Part shown: positions 39,402 through 52,235 of the stretch, one piece after another
Layout: each line of letters starts with the position of its first letter
Numbering within the stretch: the first letter of the stretch is position 1
Notes under the pieces: model-generated
Seen by the model: only the letters and a program-made list of their open reading frames with translations
What the model was told of the DNA's origin: nothing
Database searches by the model: none
Program-made: the position numbers and the translations under genes
DNA from: Clostridia bacterium
Lineage (GTDB): Bacteria; Bacillota; Clostridia; TANB77; CAG-465
DNA length: 64,000 nt
Assembly: GCA_017626395.1 (NCBI GenBank)
Contig: JAGAIU010000075.1
Location: 42,349-106,348, forward strand
Reading direction: 5' to 3'

Positions 39402-40811
39402 ATGGACGAGAATTTTATAAATATATGGGAAAAAGCATTAGAAATATTAAAAGACGAAACTTCACAAATAGCATATAAAACATATATAGAAGTTATGGTG
39501 CCAAGAATTATAGATAAAAATACAATTTGTTTTTTAGCACCTTCTGGTTATCATATAGAAGTTTGTAACAAAAGATATCTAGATTTAATAGAAAATACGC
39601 TAAAATATTTAACTAGTGTAGATTACAAAATAACTTTTGAAGCTAAAGATGCTATACCTGAAGAAGGAGAAGAAGAAAATTTAGATGTAGAAATTATTAA
39701 AGGACAATATGGTAATATAGATGTAAATAATAATTCTCAAATAATAAATAATAATCCTTCTGTTGATGTAAAAACTTTAAAGGAAAATGCTGGACTTAAT
39801 CCAAGATATTCTTTTGATAATTTTATTATAGGAACAAACAATAGATTTGCACAAGCAACAGCATATTCTGTTAGTCAAAATTTAGGATTAACTAATCCTT
39901 TATATATATATGGTGGAGTAGGACTTGGAAAAACACACTTAATGCAAGCTATAGGTAATGCAATAATAGATAAAGATCCTACAAAAAGAGTTATTTATTG
40001 TACAGGTGAGTTATTTGTTAACGAATTAATAAAAGCAATGCTAAATCCTAGTATGAATGATTCATTTAAAAAGAAATTTAGAAATGTAGATTTATTATTA
40101 ATAGATGATGTTCAAATAATTGCTGGAAAAGATAAATGTCAAGAAGAATTTTTCCACACTTTCAACTCTTTATTTGAAAGTGGAAAACAAATTGTTTTAA
40201 CATCTGAAAAACCACCTAAAGAAATTAATGGACTAGAAGATAGACTAAAAACAAGATTTTCAATGGGGGTTAGTGTAGATATTCAAACACCAGATTATGA
40301 GACTCGTTTTGCTATATTAAAGAAAAAAGCAGAAGAGGAGAGATACCTTATAGATGACGAGGTATTAGTAAAAGTTGCTACAAGAGTAAAATCTAATGTT
40401 AGAGAATTAGAAGGAGTATTTAATAAATTAATGGCTTATACTAAATTTACAAATTCGCCATTAACAGATGCAGTAGTAGATAATATTATTGAATCTATAC
40501 TCGTAAAAAACTCAAAAGTATTAAGTAGTAAATTAATAATGCAAGTAGTTGCAAAATTCTTTAATATAAATGTTTCAGATTTAACAAGTGATAAAAGATC
40601 TAATACAATTGCATTACCTAGACAAATTGCAATGTATTTATGTAGGGAAGTAGCAGATATGTCTTTTCCAGCAATAGGTAAAGATTTTGGAGGAAGAGAT
40701 CACTCAACAGTTTTACATGCTTATTCTAAAATTAAAGATGCTTATGATAGCAATACAGATACCAAAGATTTAATAGATGATATTAAAAAGACTTTAGAAA
40801 GAGAAAGTTAA
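39402..40811 (+). CDS. dnaA: Chromosomal replication initiator DnaA
   Basis: 469 aa. Walker A GGVGLGKTHL, AAA+ box VII and the C-terminal DNA-binding domain are present. Confidence 0.97.
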   Translation: MDENFINIWEKALEILKDETSQIAYKTYIEVMVPRIIDKNTICFLAPSGYHIEVCNKRYLDLIENTLKYLTSVDYKITFEAKDAIPEEGEEENLDVEIIKGQYGNIDVNNNSQIINNNPSVDVKTLKENAGLNPRYSFDNFIIGTNNRFAQATAYSVSQNLGLTNPLYIYGGVGLGKTHLMQAIGNAIIDKDPTKRVIYCTGELFVNELIKAMLNPSMNDSFKKKFRNVDLLLIDDVQIIAGKDKCQEEFFHTFNSLFESGKQIVLTSEKPPKEINGLEDRLKTRFSMGVSVDIQTPDYETRFAILKKKAEEERYLIDDEVLVKVATRVKSNVRELEGVFNKLMAYTKFTNSPLTDAVVDNIIESILVKNSKVLSSKLIMQVVAKFFNINVSDLTSDKRSNTIALPRQIAMYLCREVADMSFPAIGKDFGGRDHSTVLHAYSKIKDAYDSNTDTKDLIDDIKKTLERES

Positions 40812-40911
40812 TAATTACTATTGATTTTTTAGATATGTTTTATTATAATAAAAGAATAATTTACGAGATAAAAATAAGTTGTTAAATCTAAAAAGAAAGG
40901 GAGAAATATAA

Positions 40912-42030
40912 ATGAATATTAAATGTGATTTAAAAGAATTAATAAATGCTTTAAATATTGTATCAAAAACATCTAGTTCTAAAACAACTATGCCAATACT
41001 TGAAGGAGTTTTATTTGAAGCATACCAAAACAAATTAAAACTTATAACTAATGATTTAGAAATTGGTTCTGAACATACTTTTCCTTGTGAAGTAACAAGA
41101 GAGGGAAAAACAGTTGTAGATTTAAGAATGCTAAATGAAATAGTTAGAAAAATAGAAGATGAATCTGTAGAAATCTCTGTAGATGATAATTTATTTGTTT
41201 TAAAATCTATAAATGGTATTTTCAAACTTGCAGTTATGAATCCAAATGAATATCCAAAACTTCCAGTTTTTGATATTGAAAATAGTATAGAATTAGAACA
41301 AAGTGTTTTTAAAGATATGATTAGAAGAACATTATTCTCAGTTAGTACAGATGAAAATAGACCAGTATATAATGGAGCTCTAGTAAAAGTAGAAGATGGG
41401 GTATTAACAATAGTTACAATTGATGGATTTAGATTATCTTTAAAGAAACATTTATTTGAAAAAGAAATAAATAATTTTAAAGCTATCATTCCAGGTAGAG
41501 TATTATCTGAACTATTAAAAATATTAAGTGATTCAGATGATGAAACTGTAAGAATAGGAATTAATAGAAATCAAGCTTTATTTGAAATGGGTAATAGTAT
41601 AATAATTAGTAGATTAATTGAAGGTGAATTTTTAAATTACCAAAATATTATTCCAGAAACATATGAAACTAAAGTACGTGTAAAAACTAAAAAATTATTA
41701 GACTCATTTGAAAGAGTTGCATTATTTGCAAAAGAAAATAAAGAAAAAGATAAAAAATCTCCAGTTAAAATGAGATTAAACTTAGATGGAATTACTTTAA
41801 GTTGTGTAAGTGAAACAGGAGATGCAAAAGAAGTTATCACAGCACTAGTTGAAGGAAAAGAATTAGAAATTGGATTTAATCCTAGATATGTAATAGATGC
41901 ATTAAAAGTTATTGAAGATACAGAAATATGTATAGAATTTACTACTAATATTTCTCCAGTTTTATTCAAACCAGTAGTATCAAACGAATATACATATGTA
42001 GTTTTACCAATAAAAATAAAACAAGATTAA
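40912..42030 (+). CDS. dnaN: DNA polymerase III beta sliding clamp DnaN
   Basis: 372 aa with the three-domain clamp architecture. It lies 100 bp after dnaA. Confidence 0.95.
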   Translation: MNIKCDLKELINALNIVSKTSSSKTTMPILEGVLFEAYQNKLKLITNDLEIGSEHTFPCEVTREGKTVVDLRMLNEIVRKIEDESVEISVDDNLFVLKSINGIFKLAVMNPNEYPKLPVFDIENSIELEQSVFKDMIRRTLFSVSTDENRPVYNGALVKVEDGVLTIVTIDGFRLSLKKHLFEKEINNFKAIIPGRVLSELLKILSDSDDETVRIGINRNQALFEMGNSIIISRLIEGEFLNYQNIIPETYETKVRVKTKKLLDSFERVALFAKENKEKDKKSPVKMRLNLDGITLSCVSETGDAKEVITALVEGKELEIGFNPRYVIDALKVIEDTEICIEFTTNISPVLFKPVVSNEYTYVVLPIKIKQD

Positions 42031-42090
42031 TAATACAAAAGATAAAGCATGAGTATCTATTATTCATGCTTTATTTATTAAGGGGAATAT

Positions 42091-43164
42091 ATGTACTTAA
42101 AAAAATTAAAATTAGAAAACTTTAGAAATTACGAAAATGAAGAAATAGAATTAATAAATGGAATAAATCTTTTTCTAGGTTTTAATGCTCAAGGAAAAAC
42201 AAATATTATAGAAGCATTATATGTCTGCTCTTTTGGTAAATCATATAGAACTCTAAAAGATAATGAATTAATAATGTTTAATAAAGAATATTGTAATATA
42301 GCATTAGAATACGAAAAAAATAACATGGAAAATGTTACTAATTTCTATATAGACAATCTAAACAGAAAACAAATAAAAAATAATGAAGTAAAAATTAAAA
42401 AAATTGCAGATTATGTAGGGGAGATACCAATAGTAATTTTTTCTCCCGAAAGTTTAGATGTTGTAAAAGGTTCACCTAGTAAAAGAAGAAACTTTGTAGA
42501 TATGATATGTTGTCAATTATCTAAATCATATATTATTTATCATCAAGAATATATGAAATGTTTAAAAATGAAAAATAATCTATTAAAAAATGATCATATA
42601 GATGATAATTATATGCACGTCTTACATGAGAAAATGAGTGTATATATAAAAAGAATAGTTGAATTTAGAAAAGATATTATAGAAAAATTAAATAAGTTTG
42701 CTGTAAATATTCAAAAAAGTATAACAGAAGATAAAGAAGAAATTAATTTAATATATAATACAGACTTTTTAAATATGAATGAAGAAGATATTAAAAAATA
42801 TTTGGACGAGCATTTGTATATAGACAAATTAAGAAAATCATCTATCAAAGGAATTCAAAGAGATGATATAGAAATATATATTAATGGACAAGAAGTTTCT
42901 AAATATGGCTCTCAAGGACAAAAGAGAACATCACTTCTTACATTAAAACTTGCAAATTTTGAATTGCTAAAAGAAGAGAAGAACGAAATTCCAATTTTAC
43001 TATTAGATGATATAATGTCAGAACTAGATAGCAAAAGAATTAATTTTTTATTAAAATATATTCAGAATTACCAAAGTATTATAACTACTACAGAAGATAC
43101 CTTTGTTAAGAATATAGATAATATAAAAATTTCCAAAGTTTCAAATGGAAGACTTGAAAAATAA
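42091..43164 (+). CDS. recF: DNA replication/repair protein RecF
   Basis: Walker A GFNAQGKTN and an ABC signature/D-loop (LLLDDIMSELD) are present. Confidence 0.9.
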   Translation: MYLKKLKLENFRNYENEEIELINGINLFLGFNAQGKTNIIEALYVCSFGKSYRTLKDNELIMFNKEYCNIALEYEKNNMENVTNFYIDNLNRKQIKNNEVKIKKIADYVGEIPIVIFSPESLDVVKGSPSKRRNFVDMICCQLSKSYIIYHQEYMKCLKMKNNLLKNDHIDDNYMHVLHEKMSVYIKRIVEFRKDIIEKLNKFAVNIQKSITEDKEEINLIYNTDFLNMNEEDIKKYLDEHLYIDKLRKSSIKGIQRDDIEIYINGQEVSKYGSQGQKRTSLLTLKLANFELLKEEKNEIPILLLDDIMSELDSKRINFLLKYIQNYQSIITTTEDTFVKNIDNIKISKVSNGRLEK

Positions 43165-43199
43165 TATAAAAGTGTGATATAACTAAAAAGTATGAATAG

Positions 43200-45140
<1,941 letters not shown>

Positions 45141-45142
45141 GC

Positions 45143-45306
45143 TTGACAAATTACATAATTGTGGTATAATAGAACTCGTAAAGTAGAGGAAATCTTCTCA
45201 CCTTGCGAGTTTTGTCTTGTTAAGGTATCATTAAAAAAACATATAGGGTATTAATATGTTATATTTTTTGAGTTGAGAAGATTGCCATACAAGAGCAATC
45301 TTTTTT
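45143..45306 (+). promoter_or_regulatory. infC-rpmI-rplT operon promoter and L20-type leader/attenuator
   Basis: TTGACA-16-TGgTATAAT promoter at 45143-45170. A leader hairpin spans 45175-45210, and an intrinsic terminator (GAAGATTGC...GCAATCTTTTTT) spans 45277-45306 before infC. Confidence 0.6.
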
Positions 45307-45318
45307 ATATATTTTTTT

Positions 45319-45843
45319 GTGGAGGTGTTTCTTATAAAACAAGATTTTTTAGTTAATGAAAATATTGAATTTTCTAAAGTTCAAGTTGTTGATTCAAATG
45401 GTCAAAAAATTGGTCTTATGCCAACAGATAAAGCTATTGAATTAGCAAGAGAAGAAGGATTAGATTTAGTGTTAGTATCACCTAATCCAAGTAACCCTGT
45501 TTGTAAAATATTAGATTACAGCAAATATAAATTCGAAATGAATAAAAAAGCAAAAGAATCTAAGAAAAAACAAAAGGTTATAGAAATTAAAGAAGTCAGA
45601 ATATCACCAAATATAGATAAACATGACTTAGAAGTTAAAGCAAAGAATGCTAATAAATTTATTGATGCTGGTAACAAAGTTAAAGTAACAATGAGATTTA
45701 GAGGTAGAGAATTAAACTTTGTAGAACAAGGAAAAGAAATAATGTCAACATTTAGAGATCTAATTGTAGATGCTCAAGTTGAAAAAGAAGCTAAAATGGA
45801 AGGTAAAAACCTTGTAATGTTTTTAATACCAAAACAAAAATAA
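45319..45843 (+). CDS. infC: Translation initiation factor IF-3
   Basis: KQDFLVNENIEF...VCKILDYSKYKFE is IF-3-like. The start is non-AUG: a GTG at 45319 or the ATA/ATT just downstream. Confidence 0.9.
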   Translation: MEVFLIKQDFLVNENIEFSKVQVVDSNGQKIGLMPTDKAIELAREEGLDLVLVSPNPSNPVCKILDYSKYKFEMNKKAKESKKKQKVIEIKEVRISPNIDKHDLEVKAKNANKFIDAGNKVKVTMRFRGRELNFVEQGKEIMSTFRDLIVDAQVEKEAKMEGKNLVMFLIPKQK

Positions 45844-45871
45844 TTAGTGTTTGAGGGAGGAGAGAATTATT

Positions 45872-46069
45872 ATGCCAAAAATGAAAACACACAGTTCATC
45901 TAAAAAAAGATTATCAGTAACAGGTACTGGTAAAATTAAAAGAAATGTTGCAAATCGTGCACACAAATTAACAGGTAAATCTTCAAAAAGAAAAATGGCT
46001 TTAAAACAATCAGCTTATGCAGATAGTGCAAATCAAAAAGCTATTAAGAAGTTATTACCATACCAATAA
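45872..46069 (+). CDS. rpmI: 50S ribosomal protein L35
   Basis: [24 protein letters not shown]. Track ORF 45851 uses an earlier Met. Confidence 0.9.
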   Translation: MPKMKTHSSSKKRLSVTGTGKIKRNVANRAHKLTGKSSKRKMALKQSAYADSANQKAIKKLLPYQ

Positions 46070-46103
46070 TAAGTGAATTTACATTCGAAAGGAGAGAATT
46101 TAA

Positions 46104-46451
46104 ATGGCAAGAATTAAAGGAGCTGTTACAACAAGAGCTAGACACAAAAAAGTTCTTAAAAGAGCAAAAGGATATTTTGGAGCAAAATCAATAAGATTCA
46201 GAATGGCTAACCAAGCTGTTATGAAATCTGGAAATTATGCATATGTAGGAAGAAAACAAAAGAAAAGAAACTTCAGAGCATTATGGATTGCAAGAATTAA
46301 TGCTGCTGCAAGAATGTGTGGAACTACATATTCTAAATTAATGAATGATTTAAAAGCTGCAAACGTAACAATAAACAGAAAAATGTTAGCTGAAATGGCA
46401 GTTAACGATATGAACGGATTCAAAGCATTAGTTGAAAAAGTTCAAAAATAA
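46104..46451 (+). CDS. rplT: 50S ribosomal protein L20
   Basis: [29 protein letters not shown] is an L20 signature. Confidence 0.95.
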   Translation: MARIKGAVTTRARHKKVLKRAKGYFGAKSIRFRMANQAVMKSGNYAYVGRKQKKRNFRALWIARINAAARMCGTTYSKLMNDLKAANVTINRKMLAEMAVNDMNGFKALVEKVQK

Positions 46452-46488
46452 TTGTATAATATAAATGTAAGCTATTTAGGAGGTATTT

Positions 46489-47043
46489 ATGGTAGCAGGA
46501 GAAATAAGAAAAGGTGTAACATTTGAATTTGAAGGTGCAGTATACAGAGTAGTAGATTTTATGCATGTTAAACCTGGTAAAGGATCAGCATTCGTAAGAA
46601 CTACATTAAAAAATGTTATAACTGGTAAAAATTTAGAAAGAACTTTCAATCCAAATGAAAAACTTGAAGAAACTCAAGTTACTGTTGAAGAAATGCAATA
46701 CTTATATGCTGAAGGCGATAACTATGTATTTATGAATACAGAAACTTATGAGCAAGCCGAACTAACTAAAGAACAAATAGCAGATACAATACCTTATTTA
46801 AAAGATAACATGCTTGTAAAAGTATTATCTTATAAAGGTACTATATTCGGAGTTGAACCTCCTACATTTGTTGAGTTAGAAGTTACTTATACAGAACCAG
46901 GAATTAAAGGTTCAACAGCTACAGGTACAACAAAACCTGCAACAGTTGAAACTGGTGCTACTTTCCAAGTTCCAATTTTCGTTGAAATCGGAGATAGAAT
47001 AAGAATTGATACAAGAACTGGATCATACATGGAAAGATGTTAA
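46489..47043 (+). CDS. efp: Elongation factor P
   Basis: 184 aa. The conserved KPGKG loop lies within [13 protein letters not shown]. Confidence 0.9.
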   Translation: MVAGEIRKGVTFEFEGAVYRVVDFMHVKPGKGSAFVRTTLKNVITGKNLERTFNPNEKLEETQVTVEEMQYLYAEGDNYVFMNTETYEQAELTKEQIADTIPYLKDNMLVKVLSYKGTIFGVEPPTFVELEVTYTEPGIKGSTATGTTKPATVETGATFQVPIFVEIGDRIRIDTRTGSYMERC

Positions 47044-47088
47044 TCTAAAATCAGAAGAGTTAGCAATATATGCTAACTCTTTTTTTAT

Positions 47089-48171
47089 TTACACTATATA
47101 TTTTTTTATTATTGGAATCTTATTTATAATTCCAGATAAAAGCAATGAAATTAAAAACACCAAAATAGATATAACAGGAACAGAAAATAATGCATTAAAA
47201 GATAATGTATTTAAGTTTAACATAGAATTTAAATTATCAATAATTAATATATGAATTAAATATATTCCAAAGCATAATGTTGAAATATATTTGAATAATT
47301 TATTTGTTTTAAAATTATATTTAGCAAAAACGAATAAACATATAGATTCTAGGGTAACATTAACAGTTAGGTAATTATAAAATGTAGCTGTTGCCGTATT
47401 AGATATAGTACTTGCTATATTTGTCAAAAGTACTGTAGATACAAAACCTAACAATCCTGCTCCATAAATAATATACTGAGTTTTTTTAGATATATTTTTA
47501 TTATTTAAATAATACCCTAATACAAAATATCCTGCATAACCAAGACTTAATTTTAGATTTTCTATATTACTACTCATTGCACTAGAAAAAGCTTCTAAAT
47601 ATTTATTATTAAATAATAAAAGTAGATTAGATATTTGAGGTAATACACTAGATATTAAGAAGCATATAATTAAAAAATATTCACATATTTTTTCTAATTC
47701 AGTTATTTTTTTTAAGATAGGAGAGAGCATATATAATCCCATTATCATAAATATAAACCACATATGATAATTTCCTTTAAAAAAATTAGTGATTATTGTA
47801 AATATACCATCATTTCTATATTTAACAAGGGCATATAGCAAAGACCAAAAAAGAAAAGCTGTAAAAAGTCTTAATATCTTTTTAGAATATATTGTTTTAA
47901 TATCATATTCTTTAGATAAAATTAAAGTACCACTTATCATAACAAATATTGGAACAGCCCATCGAGAAATGCTATCGTAAATATTAAATAAATTCCAACT
48001 ATAACTGGTTATATCTGTTGAATACCAATTTTGTGCAGATACATGAATTACAATGACAGCTAAAGTAGCAATTATTCTTAACAAGTCTATATATTCTATT
48101 CGCTGATTTTTGTTTATATTTTTTTGTATTTTCATATAACCTCCTATATTAAGTATTATATCATTTACCAA
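47089..48171 (-). CDS. Acyltransferase family 3 membrane protein (polysaccharide/peptidoglycan O-acyltransferase-like)
   Basis: The motif YIDLLRIIATLAVIVIHVS is present, with about 10 transmembrane helices and no SGNH domain. Confidence 0.7.
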   Translation of the reverse strand: MVNDIILNIGGYMKIQKNINKNQRIEYIDLLRIIATLAVIVIHVSAQNWYSTDITSYSWNLFNIYDSISRWAVPIFVMISGTLILSKEYDIKTIYSKKILRLFTAFLFWSLLYALVKYRNDGIFTIITNFFKGNYHMWFIFMIMGLYMLSPILKKITELEKICEYFLIICFLISSVLPQISNLLLLFNNKYLEAFSSAMSSNIENLKLSLGYAGYFVLGYYLNNKNISKKTQYIIYGAGLLGFVSTVLLTNIASTISNTATATFYNYLTVNVTLESICLFVFAKYNFKTNKLFKYISTLCFGIYLIHILIIDNLNSMLNLNTLSFNALFSVPVISILVFLISLLLSGIINKIPIIKKYIV

Positions 48172-48245
48172 AAAACAGGTAAATACAGTATAATCAAATT
48201 AAGCATAAAAAAACTGCGATTATATTCGCAGTTTTAAATAAAAAG

Positions 48246-49004
48246 TTATATTTGTTTAATTGTTATAGTGTAAGAACTATTTCCTCTATATTTTCCAGTT
48301 TCTGGATCAAAATCATCCTCACTATCAAAGCAGAAAGCAGTAAGTTCTATATCTGAAACTATGTTATGAGATTCTACATCGCCAACAAGTTTTATAGATG
48401 AACAAATAGTATAGTCGTACATAACATCTTGAGTTATGTGATAATATCTTTGACCTGGAACTAAATTGACATCATCATATAAAAATACCATTACTTTAGG
48501 AAACATATAATATGCATCATCTGGATTTAGTATTTGACTATCTATAATTTCTCCAGATGCAAGTGTAAATTTTAAATTATATCCAATTCTATAATTTTCA
48601 GGATTAGGATATGTATTTATATAGTTTTTCCATAAAGTGTCAAAATCAGTATTAGAAATTGTTTCTTCTTGAGTTGGAACAGCATAGAAAACATCAAACA
48701 CATTTTCTGGTACCCAAGAACAAGTATATTCTGTAATTAATTTTTTTGCATTTCCTTCTTCAATGTAAATTCCAAGTTTTACTGGATTTTCATCTACATA
48801 TTCAGGAACTATAGGTTCTTCAACTATTGGAGGTGTTTCTTCAACAACTTCTTCAACTGGTGCATAAGATTTTCCCCATGTACTAAATAATACAGGTTCG
48901 TTATTTTTCATTCTGTTATGATCTATAACATAAAGACTTGCAAAAATTCCAAGTATGATAAAAATAATTATAAACAATAAAATTAAAATATATTTCTTTT
49001 TCAT
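48246..49004 (-). CDS. Hypothetical membrane-anchored protein
   Basis: 252 aa with an N-terminal transmembrane anchor and a Pro/Glu-rich linker. No family recognised. Confidence 0.45.
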   Translation of the reverse strand: MKKKYILILLFIIIFIILGIFASLYVIDHNRMKNNEPVLFSTWGKSYAPVEEVVEETPPIVEEPIVPEYVDENPVKLGIYIEEGNAKKLITEYTCSWVPENVFDVFYAVPTQEETISNTDFDTLWKNYINTYPNPENYRIGYNLKFTLASGEIIDSQILNPDDAYYMFPKVMVFLYDDVNLVPGQRYYHITQDVMYDYTICSSIKLVGDVESHNIVSDIELTAFCFDSEDDFDPETGKYRGNSSYTITIKQI

Positions 49005-49165
49005 AATTAAATATTATTTATATCCCCCTTTCAAAATCAAAGATATTGTATCATAAAAAAGAAGAAAATAAAATATAGAGATATATTTATGTAATATGTT
49101 GTTTTCTTAGTGTTGAATTTATGTACTAAATATTGTATAATACTAATGTTTAAAGGAGAATAATA

Positions 49166-50533
49166 ATGAAATTTGTAAATAGTTTTAAAGATAAAATGAA
49201 AAGTTATAACGGGGAACATAAATTAAAATATTATATAGATACAATGGGATGTCAAATGAATGAAAATGATTCTTTAAAATATGCAGGTATTTTAGAGTCA
49301 ATGGGATTTGAAAAAGGAGAAGAAGATAATTCAAATTTATATTTATTCAATACATGCTGTGTCAGAGAAAATGCAGAAAACACATTATTTGGAAGACTTG
49401 GCATGTTAAAGAAAAGAAAAATGAATAATGAAGAGGTATATATAGCTATAGTTGGATGTATGACACAACAAGAACATATATTAGAAAAAATTAAAACATC
49501 ATATAGATTTGTAGATGTTGTACTTGGTACAAGCTGTATGTCTTTATTCCCAGAAAAATTATACAATGCTATTGTAAATAGTAAAAAGAAAATTGAATAT
49601 ATAGATGTGAGTAATGCTTTAGAAGAAGAAGTTCCAATAAAATATGAAGATAAATATAAAGCAAGTGTAAGTATTATATATGGATGTAATAATTTCTGTA
49701 CATATTGTATAGTACCATATGTTAGAGGAAGAGAAAGAAGTAGAAGACCAGAAGATATAGTTAAAGATGTTAAAAAATTAGCTCAAGATGGATATAAAGA
49801 AATTATGCTTTTAGGACAAAATGTTAATTCTTATGGAAATGATTTTGAAGAAAAATATAATTTCCCTATGCTTCTTGAAGAATTAGAAAAAATAGATGGA
49901 ATAGAGATAATAAGATTCATGTCTCCACATCCAAAAGATTTTAAAGATGATTTAATTGAAGTAATAAAAAAATCTAAAAAAATAGCAAGACAAATTCATT
50001 TACCATTACAATCTGGAAATACAGAAGTATTAAAAAGAATGAATAGAAAATATACAAAAGAACAATTTGTAGAACTTGCATTAAAATTAAAACAAATATC
50101 AAATATTTCTTTATCTACAGACATAATAGTAGGATTTCCTAATGAAACAGAAGAACAATTCTTAGATACTTTAGATGTAGTAAAAACAGTAGAATTTGAT
50201 CAAATATATATGTTTATATATTCAAAAAGAAATGGAACTGTTGCAGCAAGAATGGAAGACGAAGTTACATATGAAGAAAAAGTAGATAGACTTGAAAGAT
50301 TAAAGAAATTATATGAAGAAACATTACCAGCTTTAAATGCAAAAATGATTGGAAATACATATAAAGTTTTAGTTGAAGGTAAAAGTAAAAATAATGCTGA
50401 ACTTTATACAGGAAGAAGTTCACAAAATAAAGTTGTTATATTTGAGGCAGATGATTCATATATAGGTAAAGTAGTGGATGTAAAAATAGATAGTGAACAT
50501 TTATGGTATTTAAAAGGGACAATAGTTAAATAA
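49166..50533 (+). CDS. miaB: MiaB-family tRNA methylthiotransferase (radical SAM)
   Basis: N-terminal MTTase domain (YIDTMGCQMNENDS), radical SAM motif CNNFCTYCIVPYVRG and a C-terminal TRAM domain. Confidence 0.85.
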   Translation: MKFVNSFKDKMKSYNGEHKLKYYIDTMGCQMNENDSLKYAGILESMGFEKGEEDNSNLYLFNTCCVRENAENTLFGRLGMLKKRKMNNEEVYIAIVGCMTQQEHILEKIKTSYRFVDVVLGTSCMSLFPEKLYNAIVNSKKKIEYIDVSNALEEEVPIKYEDKYKASVSIIYGCNNFCTYCIVPYVRGRERSRRPEDIVKDVKKLAQDGYKEIMLLGQNVNSYGNDFEEKYNFPMLLEELEKIDGIEIIRFMSPHPKDFKDDLIEVIKKSKKIARQIHLPLQSGNTEVLKRMNRKYTKEQFVELALKLKQISNISLSTDIIVGFPNETEEQFLDTLDVVKTVEFDQIYMFIYSKRNGTVAARMEDEVTYEEKVDRLERLKKLYEETLPALNAKMIGNTYKVLVEGKSKNNAELYTGRSSQNKVVIFEADDSYIGKVVDVKIDSEHLWYLKGTIVK

Positions 50534-50568
50534 TTGAAAATATAAATAATATATGGTATAATAAAAAT

Positions 50569-50654
50569 GTACATAAGGATTTGTGGTTTATAGACTTATG
50601 TACTAGACTTTTCATAGGCGGGTTTCACCCCGCCCTTTTATTTTAACTAAAACA
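50569..50654 (+). ncRNA. Candidate small RNA (about 85 nt) with its own promoter TTGAAA-17-TGgTATAAT (50534-50562) and an intrinsic terminator
   Basis: The promoter begins 1 nt after the miaB stop. The transcript has a 9-bp hairpin (GTACATAAG...CTTATGTAC) followed by a GGCGGGtttcaCCCCGCC hairpin and a U-run. Confidence 0.3.
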
Positions 50655-50786
50655 ATGATATGATATAGTTAAGAATATATTTATATATTCTATCTAAATA
50701 ACTAAGGAATTTTTAGTTATTATATATTAACAATTTTTGAACATTAGCATTGAAAAAAATTTCACACTAGAAAGGGGTGAAATTAA

Positions 50787-51074
50787 ATGGATATGAGAAG
50801 TCTATATAATGCTAATGTTCCACAAAACATTGGCATTATTCTTAATGAACTAATTAACAAGATTTCAGATTTGAGAGTTTTAAAAAATTACTTGAATCTT
50901 AATACTCTTAAAAGTTCAGAAAAAAGAACTTTTAGTTTGATTTTTAATAATATAATTAAAGATTGTCTAAATCTAATAGACAAGATAGATAATTATATTA
51001 CAGAGAGAAAAGATTATTTTGTTAATTATGTATGTCTATATTATATAGATCAATTTAATAAAATAATCATGTAA
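50787..51074 (+). CDS. Hypothetical protein (95 aa)
   Basis: RBS GAAAGGGGTG precedes the start. A terminator hairpin follows at 51100-51135. Confidence 0.4.
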   Translation: MDMRSLYNANVPQNIGIILNELINKISDLRVLKNYLNLNTLKSSEKRTFSLIFNNIIKDCLNLIDKIDNYITERKDYFVNYVCLYYIDQFNKIIM

Positions 51075-51199
51075 AATAATAAACTTTATAAATGCTAATG
51101 TTTCAATACTAGAGTAAACCTTACTCTAGTATTTTTTTATTTTCTAGTTATATTAATTTTTTTAGCTAATATAATTTAATAGAACTATTGGAGGAGTAT

Positions 51200-52225
51200 A
51201 TGGAAGAAATAGCTAAAAACAAATATACAAAAGAAGATATAGATTTATTATTTAAAGATGAATTAAAAAATCATTATATTAAAAGAGAAATAAGTATAGG
51301 AAATAATATACAAGATGTTAGAAATTATCCTACATATAAAGTCGAAGAAAATATAGAAGAAGAGAAAAAAAACATTTCTGGTAAATTTAAATATAAATTA
51401 ATGATTAAAGTAGTATTATCATTATTCATTTGCTTTTGTGTAGTGGGATATAGATATATAGAAAATCCAGAAATTAAAAATAATAGTGTAGTTAATTGGA
51501 TAAAATCTGAATATAAAAAAAGTTATTCAAAAGTAGAAGTAATAGAAAATATTGAAGAATTAAGTAAGAATATTTATGCCAAAATTGAAAATGTAATTCC
51601 AAATGAAATATATAACAAAGTGTTAGATAACTATCTAAATAAAATTAAGCCTGAAATAGTAAATTTTAATTTAAAAAATTTATTTGAAAATGCTAGTATA
51701 GATAATACAGTAGCAGTTTTTAATGAAGATAATATAGATTTAGATACAGAAAATTTAGCTGTAGCAGAAGAGGTAGTAGTTACAAGTAGTGCAGTAAGTT
51801 TGATGGGAATGGATGTAGAAGAAATTAAGTCTAAAAATATAAGCATAGTTTTACCTGTAAATGGAACTATAACATCTATCTATGGTGCAAGGGAAGAAAT
51901 ATTTGTAAATGTTGGATATCATACAGGAATAGATATAGCAAATGTTATAAATACTCCTGTGTCTAGTGCTACTGATGGTACAGTTATTTTAGCACAATCT
52001 ATGGATAAATATTATGGGAATAATATAGAAATTGAAAATAATGGTGTTATATTTAAATATGCACATTTAAATCAAATTAATGTAAAAGAGGGAGATATAA
52101 TCAAGCAAGGGGATGTAATAGGATTAATGGGTTCAACAGGGGCTTCAACAGGCTCACATTTACATTTTGAAATTAAAATAAATGATAGAACAGTTGATCC
52201 AGAATTATTATTAAAATTTAGGTAG
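51200..52225 (+). CDS. spoIVFA: M23/LytM-domain membrane protein, SpoIVFA-like
   Basis: Internal transmembrane helix and a C-terminal M23 domain (GYHTGIDIA...GSTGASTGSHLHFEI). It sits immediately upstream of the S2P protease gene. RBS GGAGGAG. Confidence 0.6.
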   Translation: MEEIAKNKYTKEDIDLLFKDELKNHYIKREISIGNNIQDVRNYPTYKVEENIEEEKKNISGKFKYKLMIKVVLSLFICFCVVGYRYIENPEIKNNSVVNWIKSEYKKSYSKVEVIENIEELSKNIYAKIENVIPNEIYNKVLDNYLNKIKPEIVNFNLKNLFENASIDNTVAVFNEDNIDLDTENLAVAEEVVVTSSAVSLMGMDVEEIKSKNISIVLPVNGTITSIYGAREEIFVNVGYHTGIDIANVINTPVSSATDGTVILAQSMDKYYGNNIEIENNGVIFKYAHLNQINVKEGDIIKQGDVIGLMGSTGASTGSHLHFEIKINDRTVDPELLLKFR

Positions 52226-52235
52226 TAAAATTATT

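Noticed and set aside
40818-41489. 223-aa minus-strand ORF
   Set aside because: Entirely antisense to dnaN. Ser/Phe-rich low complexity.
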